Shown piece by piece: positions 38,706 through 49,100 of a DNA stretch of 64,000 bases. The notes under the pieces are model-generated. The model did not search any database. It saw nothing but the letters and a program-made list of their open reading frames with translations, and was not told the DNA's origin. Each line of letters begins with the position of its first letter. The stretch's first letter is position 1. The stretch lies in NCBI GenBank assembly GCA_046290465.1, contig JBKAGP010000001.1, positions 1,952,001 to 2,016,000 on the forward strand, given 5' to 3'. A program made the position numbers and the translations under genes. The stretch is from Planctomycetota bacterium. Its GTDB lineage: Bacteria; Planctomycetota; UBA1135; UBA2386.

Positions 38706-39665
38706 TCAACGCCGGGCGCGACGCAGCAACCAGAGCATCAGGAACATGGCGCCGACGGCGATCGTCAGCACCAGATACATCGAGGAGGGGTTCTGCCGCT
38801 GCCACTCGGGCCAGTCGACGAACAGCAGCTGCAACAGCCACTCGCCGCCGAACATCGCGACCAGCGCCCCCATGGCGAGATACGGACCGAACGGGATGCG
38901 CGCGAGCAGGCCGCCGCGAAGCGCCAGCACCACGCCGACGACCGCGCCGAACACGCAGCCGAGGAACAGGGTCAGCAGCGCCGCCTTCCAACCGAGGAAC
39001 GCGCCGATCATGCCCATCAGCTTGACGTCGCCGAAGCCCATCGCCTCCTTCTTGAAGACGGCAGAGCCCAGCGCGCGCACGCCCCAGGTGACGCCTCCGC
39101 CGACCACCAGGCCGAGCACGCTCGCCAGCAGCGAACGCAGTTCTGGCGACAGGCTCGCATCGTCGGAGATCATCCCGGCGAGCCCCGGATAGAAGCCCGC
39201 GATCACGCCGACCGCCATGCCCGGCTTGGTCAGCACATCGGGCAGCAGCTGCGTGTCGAAGTCGATGAACGTCAGCGCGATCAGCATCGACACGAACGTC
39301 AGGTGGAAGCCCAGCGCCGTCGCCGCGGCCGCGTCGACGCTGCCGTCGGGCGCGAAGACCGGCCCGAACGGCGGCCACATCGCCAGCACGAACCAGAACG
39401 CGGCGGTCAGCAGTTCGATCGCCGGGTAGCGGAACGAGATGCGCGTGCCACAGCAACGCGCCTTGCCGCGCAGCATCAGCCAGCCGAGCACCGGCACGTT
39501 GTCGTGCCACTGGATCGGGGTGCCGCAGCCAGGGCAGTACGAACGCCCCATCACCGAGCGCTTGCTCGGATCCTCCTGCGGCAGTCGCCAGATGACGACG
39601 TTCAGGAACGAACCGATGCACGCTCCGAACAGAGCTGCTCCCGTTGCGAACACCGTCGAGTCCAT
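38706..39665 (-). CDS. pilD: Prepilin peptidase (A24 family)
   Basis: GSFLNVVIWRLP, RSYCPGC, DNVP, RYPAIE, FIDFD, MGFGDVKL and IPFGPYL motifs. Confidence 0.95.
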   Translation of the reverse strand: MDSTVFATGAALFGACIGSFLNVVIWRLPQEDPSKRSVMGRSYCPGCGTPIQWHDNVPVLGWLMLRGKARCCGTRISFRYPAIELLTAAFWFVLAMWPPFGPVFAPDGSVDAAAATALGFHLTFVSMLIALTFIDFDTQLLPDVLTKPGMAVGVIAGFYPGLAGMISDDASLSPELRSLLASVLGLVVGGGVTWGVRALGSAVFKKEAMGFGDVKLMGMIGAFLGWKAALLTLFLGCVFGAVVGVVLALRGGLLARIPFGPYLAMGALVAMFGGEWLLQLLFVDWPEWQRQNPSSMYLVLTIAVGAMFLMLWLLRRARR

Positions 39666-39866
39666 CGACAGACTTGCGAATGTCGCGCATGCGCGACCCC
39701 TCGTGTGACCGTTGCCGGATGCGGGTTGCGGCCCCTACGACCGCCAGGACGCGCTGACCCACGTCCTGTCTGACCGCCCGCTGGCTGCACGCACCATACG
39801 GTCCCGCCGAACCTGATTCCAGCACGCGTTGCCGCGGTTCCGCGGTCGATTCGTTCAGCCCGGTTG

Positions 39867-39934
39867 GCCCAGCTCAGTAAGCCCAGCTCAGTAAGCCCAG
39901 CCCAGTAAGCCCAGCCCAGTAAGCCCAGCCCAGT
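39867..39934. repeat. 14-bp tandem repeat (GCCCAGCYCAGTAA, about 4.9 copies)
   Basis: Units start at 39867, 39881, 39895, 39909 and 39923. Confidence 0.93.
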
Positions 39935-39952
39935 CGGACCGACCCAGTCGGC

Positions 39953-41836
39953 TCAGCGCTGCTCGACGAGGCGCAGCCGCTCGATCGACGGCAGCGGCTC
40001 GCCGCTGTGCACCGTCGCGCGCAGGCGCAGCCGCACGAACGCGCCGGCGCCGGCGACCACGACGTCGCGGTCGCGCGCCGCCTGCCAGCGCCCCATCCGG
40101 CCGGCGCTGGTGTCCGGGCTCTCGCCGCGGATCGGATCGGCCGGGGTGGACTGCCATTCGACCGACAGGCCGCGGCCGAGGCCACCGAGGTGCAGCGTGC
40201 CGCTGTCGCGGTGGTCGGGCAGCTGCCGCCACGGCAGCAGGCCGACCACGTCGAACGCGCTGCCCGACGCGAGCCCGGGCGTGAAGGTCGCGGGGTAGAC
40301 GCGCGACTGGCCGCGGGCGCCGTCGATGCGCGAGCCTGGCTCGCCGGAGCGGGCCTCGACCACCAGCATGGTCTGGAACGGCAGCGTGCCGCGCAGCCGC
40401 AGGTTGGCGGCGCTGGCGAGCAGCAGCGAGGTCTCGGAACCGGTGATCTCGACGTCGGCGGCGATCGTGCCGAGCACCTGCACGTCGCCGGCGGCGACGA
40501 TGCTGACCGGTGCGAGGTCGACCAGGTCGGCCACCGGCTGCGAGCCGAAGCGGCCGGTCGGCAGCGCCACGGTCGGCGCCAGCAGACGCACTTCGCCGGC
40601 GATGCGCACCCCGCCGGTGGCGCACAGGTGCACCGGCTCGCCCTGCGCGTCGATCGTGACGGTCACGCCTTCGGGCACGTCGATCTGCGAGAACGCGAAC
40701 AGCGGGCCGTTGCTGACCTGCAGCTGGCCGTCGCCGCAGTCGAACGGCTCGCCCGGGCGCAGCGTCAGGTCGCGCTGCGGGCGGAACACGCCGAGCGCGC
40801 CGTTGCCGGCCTCGACCCGGACGCGCGGGCGGATGGTCGTGCCGACGACCTCGAAGCCCGGGGCCAGCCCCGCCTCGTCGGCGAAGCCCTCGTCGGCGCC
40901 GGGCCACTCGCAGATCGGCAGGCTGCGCCCCTCGACGACGCTCCAGTAGCTGGCGGTCGCCGGCAGCGGCCGCTGGCCGCCGTAGTCCGTGATCGAACTG
41001 CCGGCGCGCACCGCGACGCTGATCCAGTCGCCTTCGGCGAGCGCGCGCGTGGTGCCGTCGGCGAGGCGCGGCAGCGCGCCGAGGTCGAGCTCGACGGTCG
41101 AGCCCGGGTGGTCGTCGATCGGCGAGGTCAGCACCCGCACGCTGCGCGGCTCGATCTCGGCCGCGGCACCGAGCACCTGGACCTGGAACGCATCGACGTC
41201 GACGGTGCTCGGCAGCAGCGGCTGGGTGAAGTGCAGCAGCAGCCGGGGATCGTCGGCCGCGACATCGAGCGGCACCTCCGAGCGGCGCACGACGAACGGC
41301 AGTTCGCTCGCGGTCGGACGCAGGATCGACGGCAGACCGGCGGGAGCCTGGTGGCGGTCGGCGACGAACACGTCGAACGTCACGGCGGCGTCGAGCCAGC
41401 GGCCGTCCGCGGCGCGGATCGAGTCGGGCCGCGGCTGGCCGGCCAGCTGCAGGCGGTAGCGCGCGCCCGGGCGGAACGAACCGTCCGTCAGGTCGGCGCC
41501 GAGCGGCGGGTCCGGTTGGAACGAGACCCAGTTGCTGCCGACCTCGAGCGTTCCGGGGACGTTGTGGCCCTGTTCGTCGAGCAGCGTCACCGAGTCCTCG
41601 GTGACCGTCATCTTGCGCAGGTCGCCCGAGAAGTAGACCGTCAGCGCGTCGTTGAGCAGCACCGGCTGCTGCGGATCCCCCAGCGCCGGCGAGGTGCGAT
41701 CGACGACCAGCGGCCGGCCTTCGTCGGCCTGCTGCCAGCATCCGCCGAGTGGCGCCGCGGCGAGCAGCGCCACGGCGGCCAGCGGCAGCGCCGGCTCGGC
41801 GCGGCGGCCGGTCGGATTCGGTCGATGGGATCGCAT
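39953..41836 (-). CDS. Ig-like-domain lipoprotein, short class A paralog lacking the Gly-rich inserts
   Basis: Lipobox LGGC; LNDALTVYFS...FQP...FRPG..Y Ig module as in 46181..49630; EAGNGALGVF; FAFSQIDVPEGVTV; family-type C-terminus. Confidence 0.75.
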   Translation of the reverse strand: MRSHRPNPTGRRAEPALPLAAVALLAAAPLGGCWQQADEGRPLVVDRTSPALGDPQQPVLLNDALTVYFSGDLRKMTVTEDSVTLLDEQGHNVPGTLEVGSNWVSFQPDPPLGADLTDGSFRPGARYRLQLAGQPRPDSIRAADGRWLDAAVTFDVFVADRHQAPAGLPSILRPTASELPFVVRRSEVPLDVAADDPRLLLHFTQPLLPSTVDVDAFQVQVLGAAAEIEPRSVRVLTSPIDDHPGSTVELDLGALPRLADGTTRALAEGDWISVAVRAGSSITDYGGQRPLPATASYWSVVEGRSLPICEWPGADEGFADEAGLAPGFEVVGTTIRPRVRVEAGNGALGVFRPQRDLTLRPGEPFDCGDGQLQVSNGPLFAFSQIDVPEGVTVTIDAQGEPVHLCATGGVRIAGEVRLLAPTVALPTGRFGSQPVADLVDLAPVSIVAAGDVQVLGTIAADVEITGSETSLLLASAANLRLRGTLPFQTMLVVEARSGEPGSRIDGARGQSRVYPATFTPGLASGSAFDVVGLLPWRQLPDHRDSGTLHLGGLGRGLSVEWQSTPADPIRGESPDTSAGRMGRWQAARDRDVVVAGAGAFVRLRLRATVHSGEPLPSIERLRLVEQR

Positions 41837-41925
41837 GATTCGCGCCAAGGATATCGGAGGAGGGCCCGGTTGACCCGAAGGCAACCCGCGAAACGAGCGC
41901 TTGCGACGAATGCTCCACAAACGCC

Positions 41926-41953
41926 GACGGGCCGCCCAGTTGGACGGCCCGTC
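41926..41953 (-). terminator. Possible terminator or stabilising hairpin
   Basis: Inverted repeat gacgggccg-N10-cggcccgtc about 100 bp downstream of the 42057 stop; weak U-tract. Confidence 0.35.
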
Positions 41954-42056
41954 TGCGGCGCCGGATGGCGCATCCTCCTGACGAACCGCGCGGCGGGATG
42001 GCGCGCGCGCGGTCGCAGTATGTTCAGGCGCCGGAAACGGCCTGACCGAACCGGCC

Positions 42057-45000
42057 TTACTGGCCGGGCGTCAGGCGGTAGACGACGCTCATGCTGCGCA
42101 GCGACGGCGACAGCGCCGGCGACACGTCGACGTTGTTGCTCATGACGAGGCGCAGGTTCAGGAAGCGCGGCAGCAGGCCGGTCGCCGGGTCGCGGATGTC
42201 GCTGACCTGGTCTTCCGTCACGTAGGCCGTCATGCCGTCGGCGGCGATGCGCGGGGCGGCGTTGAAGTTCGGCGTCGAGTAGCGGTAGGCCTCACACGCG
42301 TAGTTCACGTTCAGCAGGTTGCCGCGCGTGATCGTGTCGTCCGGGTTGGCGCCGAAGCTCGGGTTGTAGAGCACGTTGTTGTTGTCGAACGTCTCGCAAC
42401 CACGCATCTCGACGACCACGCCGGTGCCGGCCGGCTGCTGGGTCTGCGGCGGGTCCAGCTGGACCAGCACGTCCGACATGCGCAGGTTCGGGTTGACCGA
42501 CAGCCAGTCCGGGTAGCCCGGCAGCGCCTGCACCTGCTGGTTCTGGTCGACCAGTTCGGCGCGCTGCGGCTGCAGCGTGTCGAAGAAGCCGAACGTCACC
42601 GTCGAGACGCGACGCACGAAGTCGGCGCGGGCCCAGTAGAGCATGCCGTCGCCCGGGGGCGCCTGGAACAGCGCGGTGACCGCGTTGCCCAGCGCCGGGT
42701 CCTTGACGATGTTCTGGGCGTTGGCCTGCAGCGCGTTGGCCGGGTCCACCAGGATCTCGGCGCCGGTGATCAGGTCGAAGCCACCCGAGGCGTGCACGCG
42801 GACGCGCGGCCACGGCGGGAAACCACCGCCACAGCCACTGCCGAACGTGTCGTAGTAGCCACCGATCGAGTTGTTGACGCTCGGCGGGCCGAGCATCGCG
42901 ACCTGGAAGCCGTTGGTGGCCGAAGCGACGCCGTTCGCCGGGTCCTCCGGGAAGACCTTCATGTCGACCAGCAGCGGCAGCGCGATCGGGTCGTGGTCAC
43001 GCTGCAGGAAGCCGACGAAGTCCTCGTTGTCCATCACCCAGGTGCCCGAACCGCCCTGGAGGAACTCCGGGTCGGGACGGCTGGTGATCCACGGCGAGTC
43101 GATGTGCGCCGTGACGTCGTTGTTCGGGACGTTGGCGTTCGGGTTCTGCGCGCCACCGAGGCCGATGACGTTGCCGCTGGCGTCGACCGTGACCAGGCGC
43201 GAGTCACGCCAGGTGTAGGTCTGGTCGAAGCGCGGGAACGGCACGTAAGCGACGCCGAACTCGTCGCGGCGGACGTCGTTCGGGTTGATCGTGTAGATGC
43301 GGTCCTCGAAGACCGGCGTCATCTGGCTGCCGTCCAGCACGTTGTCGGCGAAGACGTTCGACAGGCCCGAGTTCATCGAGGCGCAGTCGAGCACACACCA
43401 CGACTCCGGCGTCGCGTCGACGACCAGCACCCAGCGCTCGTCCGCACGGGTGCGGGCGTGGCCGAGCGACATCGTGAAGCGATCGAACTCGTCGTAGAGC
43501 ACGGTCTCGTCGTTGAAGGGGCTCCAGTAGAGCTGCTCGATGTCGAGGCCGAAGTCCGACGGCTGCGTGTAGCCGAGCGAGAAGTCGTCCTCGATGTAGC
43601 GCATCTGCATGCGCGAGCCCTGCGGCTTCATCGGCTCGATGACGCGGCCCGACGGCTGCGGCAGCTGCTGGTAGTACTCGTAGACCTGCGGCACGGCCGG
43701 CGGGTTGACCTGGTCGCTCATCCGCGGCTCCCAGTAGAGCAGGCCCGGGTGCGGAGCACCCTGGGTGTCGACCGGGACCACGCCCGGCGCGCCGAGGCGC
43801 GGCAGGATCAGCTGGTTCTGGGTCGCTTCCGTGCCGGGGTAGTTGAACGGGTTGTTCGGCTCGGCCGGCGGCGGATCGCTGTTGTCGGGCTGACCCGAGT
43901 CCCAGCACTCACCGCGGTTGATGCGGCTGATGGCGGCCAGGTTGTTGTTGTTGGCCGAGCGGCGGAAGCGCACACCCGTCGCGCCGGTGAGGCGACCGTT
44001 CTCCAGGCGGAACTGGCCGAACAGGTCGACCGAGCCCGGCTGGGTGCCGTCCTCGTCCTCCGACGTGAACATGTAGGTGTGCCAACCGATCAGGTTCGAA
44101 TTGGCGGACGGATCGAGCTGGAAGTCGACCGACCAGGCCTCCTGCGGGTTCGAGATGTCGTCGAAGATCTCGAGGGTGTTGCCGGCGAGGTCGGTGATGC
44201 CCGCGTTGCCGAGACGGATGTGGGCGCTGTAGACCTCGGCCAAGCCCGCCTGGTGGGCGAAGCCCAGCTGCGGCTGCAGGCGCAGGACCGTGCCGTCGCC
44301 GTCGAGGTCCGTCAGGCGCGACGGCACGACGTGCATCGTGGCGCGCTTCGGATCGGTCATCTGCGAGCCGAACGACTGGTTCGGCTGGTCCGGCTTGGTC
44401 AGCAGCAGGTTGTCCGTGACGTCGACCTGGTCGAGGTCCATCGGCTTGTTGAACTCGAACGCGATCGACGCGTCCGGGTCGATGTCGACGCCCGGCTGGC
44501 CCGGGGCCGGCTCGATGCGCACGAACAGGTTGCGCCAGGCGCGGTCGGTCAGGGCTCCGCCGCCGACGGCGAACGGCACCTCTTCGACGTACGACGCACG
44601 CAGCGTGCAGTCCTCACCGGCCGGCGTGGTGTTGGCCTTGAACGAGACCCGGTTGCCCTCCGAGTCCCGAACCGGGCTGATGGTCGCGACGCGCAGGTTG
44701 ACGACCGGGACGGTCTCGCCCTGGCCCGAGTCGCCCGACGGCGCGTTCGGCGCCTTGCCGAGGCTCGGGTCGCCGGCCTGTGCGGTGATCGACAGGTTCT
44801 CGAGGACCTCGGCGCGGACCGTGACGGTCTCGAACAGGCCCGTCGACAGCTGCACGATGACTTCCTGCGAGATCAGGTCGCCGGCCTCGAGCGGGCGCTG
44901 CACCGGGACGGTGAGCGGGCCGAGCGGCAGGCCGGTGCTGTCCAGCGGACCGTCGACGAACGGGTAACGGGCGCGGATCGGAACGAAGTTCAGGCGCTTG

Positions 45001-46007
45001 TTGACCGTGAGCACGTTGTTGGCGGCGTCGACGCTGACGATGCCCATCGGCAGCGAACCGACCAGCTTCGGCGCCTCCGGCTCCAGCAGGCGGCCGGCTT
45101 CGCCGTCCTGCAGGTTGCCCGAACGGAAGTCGCGGATGACCGACTGGCGGCCGGCGCTGTCCACGCCGTTGAGCTCGGTGACGCCATCGCGATCGATGTA
45201 GAACGACGACAGCACCTGCCCGCGGCTCGGGATCGCGACGCGGATGTTCGCGGTCACGTTGTCGGCCGAGGTCGGCATGCCCGCCGACGTGATGCCGCCG
45301 CCGGCCTCACCACCGAGGATGGTCGTGTCCAGCACCAGCGAGTTGGTGCCGACGACCATGCGGTACGGCAGGATGCGGAACGCGTCGACCGGCTCGACGA
45401 AGTTCGGGTCGCCCTTGAACTCGAGCAGCTGCACCGCCGACGGGTTGGCCGCGAAGAAGTCGGCCGAGGCGCTGAGCGGGCCCGTGAAGGTCAGCTTGAT
45501 CGCCGCGTTGCGCGGCACGATCGGGATCGGGCGCGTCTGCGTGTTCTGGCCGCGGTACGAGTCCGGCAGCGGCACCAGGCCGGTCTGCGCGTTGCTCAGG
45601 GCCTGGTTGAAGTTCTGCTGCTCCGGGCCGGCGCGGTCGTCCCACAGGATCACCAGCTGCTCGTGGCCGACGTCCTTGTCGAACGGCAGGAACTCGTAGT
45701 TGGCGGTCGCCACCGCGTTGCCCGCGGCGTCGAAGATCGACTGCGACTCGATGCCGGGGTTGACCACGACATCCTGCGCGATCAGCTCCAGCTGACGGTT
45801 GCTGCGCAGGCGGCGGTCGCCGACGCTCGGGTCGATCCGGCGGAACGCGTATACGTCGACGAGTCGACCGATCTCGACCCTCGCCAGCGACGGGTTGTTG
45901 CCGTCCTGGCCGACCTGGCCAACCGTCGAGCTCCCGTCACATGCCCACAGGGCGGTGAGGGCGACGGCCAGTGGCCACGCTCGGAACCGGTTCTTCGCTT
46001 GCATCAT
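42057..46007 (-). CDS. Very large Ig-like-domain lipoprotein, class B paralog 1
   Basis: Lipobox LWAC; GRLVDVY, IVPRNAAI, ANIRVA, IRDFRSGN, IEQLYWSP, DEFDR and IALPLL are shared with 49950..53894. Confidence 0.8.
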   Translation of the reverse strand: MMQAKNRFRAWPLAVALTALWACDGSSTVGQVGQDGNNPSLARVEIGRLVDVYAFRRIDPSVGDRRLRSNRQLELIAQDVVVNPGIESQSIFDAAGNAVATANYEFLPFDKDVGHEQLVILWDDRAGPEQQNFNQALSNAQTGLVPLPDSYRGQNTQTRPIPIVPRNAAIKLTFTGPLSASADFFAANPSAVQLLEFKGDPNFVEPVDAFRILPYRMVVGTNSLVLDTTILGGEAGGGITSAGMPTSADNVTANIRVAIPSRGQVLSSFYIDRDGVTELNGVDSAGRQSVIRDFRSGNLQDGEAGRLLEPEAPKLVGSLPMGIVSVDAANNVLTVNKRLNFVPIRARYPFVDGPLDSTGLPLGPLTVPVQRPLEAGDLISQEVIVQLSTGLFETVTVRAEVLENLSITAQAGDPSLGKAPNAPSGDSGQGETVPVVNLRVATISPVRDSEGNRVSFKANTTPAGEDCTLRASYVEEVPFAVGGGALTDRAWRNLFVRIEPAPGQPGVDIDPDASIAFEFNKPMDLDQVDVTDNLLLTKPDQPNQSFGSQMTDPKRATMHVVPSRLTDLDGDGTVLRLQPQLGFAHQAGLAEVYSAHIRLGNAGITDLAGNTLEIFDDISNPQEAWSVDFQLDPSANSNLIGWHTYMFTSEDEDGTQPGSVDLFGQFRLENGRLTGATGVRFRRSANNNNLAAISRINRGECWDSGQPDNSDPPPAEPNNPFNYPGTEATQNQLILPRLGAPGVVPVDTQGAPHPGLLYWEPRMSDQVNPPAVPQVYEYYQQLPQPSGRVIEPMKPQGSRMQMRYIEDDFSLGYTQPSDFGLDIEQLYWSPFNDETVLYDEFDRFTMSLGHARTRADERWVLVVDATPESWCVLDCASMNSGLSNVFADNVLDGSQMTPVFEDRIYTINPNDVRRDEFGVAYVPFPRFDQTYTWRDSRLVTVDASGNVIGLGGAQNPNANVPNNDVTAHIDSPWITSRPDPEFLQGGSGTWVMDNEDFVGFLQRDHDPIALPLLVDMKVFPEDPANGVASATNGFQVAMLGPPSVNNSIGGYYDTFGSGCGGGFPPWPRVRVHASGGFDLITGAEILVDPANALQANAQNIVKDPALGNAVTALFQAPPGDGMLYWARADFVRRVSTVTFGFFDTLQPQRAELVDQNQQVQALPGYPDWLSVNPNLRMSDVLVQLDPPQTQQPAGTGVVVEMRGCETFDNNNVLYNPSFGANPDDTITRGNLLNVNYACEAYRYSTPNFNAAPRIAADGMTAYVTEDQVSDIRDPATGLLPRFLNLRLVMSNNVDVSPALSPSLRSMSVVYRLTPGQ

Positions 46008-46180
46008 GTCAGTGCCTTCGTTGTGGGGGCCGGCGGGCAAGGGCCGGCGGTTTGTCTGCGAGCCATATTGCAGCCTCGCAGGCAGGTATCGGAATCTGGA
46101 GGGATTGTGCGTGTAGCGTTCGGGAAGGTCCGTTGCCATCGGCCTGGGCGGCCGCGGCTCAGGACCTCCCCATCAGGGGA

Positions 46181-49100
46181 CTAGAACCGGAACGGCAGGC
46201 GGAGGAAGTGCAGTTCCGGACGCGGGGTCTCGGGGTTGAGGCCCGGCGGCGAATCGGCGGCGACCGCTCGGAACGCCGTGTCGAACGTCAGGTCCCACTG
46301 CACGAAGCTGGCGCCGAGCTGGCGAACCTGCTCCTGCACGGCCGGGTCCGTCAGGTCGTAGAGGAACGTGCCCTCCTGCGCCGGCAGGCGCTGCGCCGAC
46401 GGGTCGGCCGGGTTCTGGTGGAACGCGAAGCCGAAGCGGATGTTCGAGACCGGCACGCGGTTCGACGCGCTGCCGGCGTAGGTCGGGCCGAGGCCTTCGC
46501 TGCCGTTGGTCACGATCGAGAAGAACTTGGCGATGACGCGGACCTGCGTGGCCGCGACCTCGAGCGCACCCGACTCGGGCGACAGCACCAGTTCGTTCTG
46601 CGTGTGCGCCAGGATCCGGTAGCTGCCGAGCACCTCGTTGCTCGACGCGAGCAGCTGCGCCTCGTACTGGACGTAGCGGTCGTCGGTCTGCCCCATCGCC
46701 GCCGAGGCCAGCGTGACCCGGTAGGCCGGGCGGCCCAGGTAGGTCGAGTTGGCGTTGCGGTTCAGGATGCCGACCGGAGCGACGACCTCGGGGTTGACGA
46801 CGCGCGCCTGGCCCTGCACGACCTCGAACTTGGCGTAGCCGAGTGAGACGCTCGACGCGTTGTCCTCGACGCCGAGCCACTCGTACTTCGGACCGGCCTG
46901 CGCGCCCGCCTGCTCGACGATGCCGCGCGGCAGGTTGTCGTCGGCGATCAGCGCGCGGCGCGCGGTGGCGCCGGTGTCGATCCACTTCGAGCGCAGGCGC
47001 GAGGTGTTGGCGAACGGCGACGGCAGCAGCACCGGCGCCGGCCGGATCTCGCCCTCGTCCTCGTTGAGCGGGTTGACCGGCTGGCCCTGGTCGTCGACGC
47101 CGATGCCGAACGAGTTCGGGAAGCCCTGCCAGCGCAGCAGGTCGATCTTGCTCTGGCCGAGCGCCTCGATGCCGCCGGTGAAGACGCGGATGTTGTCGTC
47201 GAGCACCGTGTTGGTGTTGTCGACGCTGTTGTCCCCCGGCGGCACCATCAGCTGCACGATGCCCATGCCGCCGAAGCCGCCGAGCGGCGCGTCGTCGTAG
47301 GTCTCGACCCAGCTGTTGATGGCGATGTCGGGGTTGTAGGTGATCGCGGTGCCGCTCGCCGGGTACTTGCCCGTCACGACCGGCGGCTGGGCGCCGGTGA
47401 CGCACACGCCACCGTCGGCCGAGATCGCGAAGTCGTAGTCGTTGTCCTCGTACGAGTAGTTCAGGCCGTTGCCCGAGCTGGCGTTGATCACGATGCCCTT
47501 GGCCGACATCAGGATGACCATGCCGCCGGCACCACCGCCGCCACCGCCACCGCGGGTCGACGACGAGGACGGCTCACCACCGCCACCGCTGCCGCCGTCG
47601 GCGGTGATGCGACCACCTTCGTTGATAATGATCTCCTCGAGCGCCTTGACGATCAGCACGCCGCCGCCGCCACCGCCGCCGCCGCCGGAGCTGTCGTTCT
47701 CGAAGTTCGGGTCGGTGACGCCGCAGTCCGAGTTGTACGACAGGTCGCCGCCGCCGCCGCCACCGCCGCCGCCGATCGGGACCGACAGCTCACCGGTGAT
47801 GCGGAGGTTGGTATCGTAGCGAACACCGACGCCCCAGAAGTTGTTGTCGTTGCGGGCATCGACGAACACCGTCGGACCCGGGACCGCGCCCTCGAGGCTG
47901 CGGGTCGGGCGACCGGTGTCGCCTTCGCAGCCCTGGCCGCCGACGCCCGTCTGCTGCTGGAACACCGGGAACGGGTTGACCGGGGCCGGGTTGCCGGTGC
48001 CGATCGGGACCGTGCCCGCCGGCTGGATCTGCTGCTTGAAGCCCGGGTCCCCCTGGGTCGCGAGCGAGCCGCCACCGCCACCAGCGCCGCGGCCACAGCC
48101 AGCGGTGCACGACAGCGCGCCGCCGCGGCCACCCTGGCCGGCGGCCTGCAGCGGGCCGTTGCCGGTCTCACCGGCGAGGTCGCGCTCGGTCGCGCTCGGC
48201 GAGCCGGCGCCGCCGTCACCGCCGCCACACACGCCCGCGCCGCCGCTCTTGGCGACGTTGGCGTTGCCCGACGTGTTGACGCGCTGGCCGTCGCCACCGC
48301 GGACCGACAGCGTGCCCGAGACCTCGAAGGTCTCCGACACCAGCCAGACCATCGGGTTGGTGCCCTGGCCCTGGACCGTGCGGCCGGCCGGGATGTTGAC
48401 GCTGCGGAAGTTGAAGACGCCGCCCGAGACGTTGAACGGCGAGCCGTTCTTGGGCTGGACCAGCGTGAAGTCCGTGTTGAGCACGGTCATCGGCGCGGTC
48501 GGCTCGAACTCGGCTCCGGTGACGTTGCCTTCGAAGTCGAAGCCCGCCTTCAGGAAGCCGGGGCCGACTTCGCCGACCGGCTCCGAGAACGCGGCGGTCA
48601 TGTCGACGTTGGAGGTCGCCAGGAAGTCGTCGACCAGGCCGTCGAACTGCTGCTCGTAGGCGCGGCGCGTCTTGAAGGTCGCGAAGATCCGCTCGTAGGC
48701 GACGTTGGCGACGTTCGACTCACCGGAGATGTCCTCGAGGGTGCGCTCGACGACGACGCGGATGGTCGCGTTGTTCGGCAGCACACCGAGCGGACGCATG
48801 ACCAGCGTGGCGCCGTCCGAGGCGTTCGTCTCGAGCTCGACGTCGGCCGGGATCCAGACGTTGTCGCCGAACTCCGGGTCGTCGTACTCGAGGAACACCC
48901 GGCCGCGGCTGTTGCTGTTGCGCGTCAGCGGGTCGGTCTGGATCGCGGTCGGCACGTTGGTGCTCGACGGGTTGAGCGGCTGGTCGAAGCGCAGACGCAG
49001 CTCGACCGGGGCCGCGCCCAGCTTGTTCAGCACGACGCCGGTGGTGTCCGGCGTCGGGGTGACCTCGAACGCCGTCCGCCTCGGCCCGCCCGGCGCCGTG

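Noticed and set aside
39682..39697. Perfect palindrome gtcgcgcatgcgcgac upstream of pilD
   Set aside because: It is a single occurrence made of CG-rich sequence and is plausible by chance. I saw no second copy.
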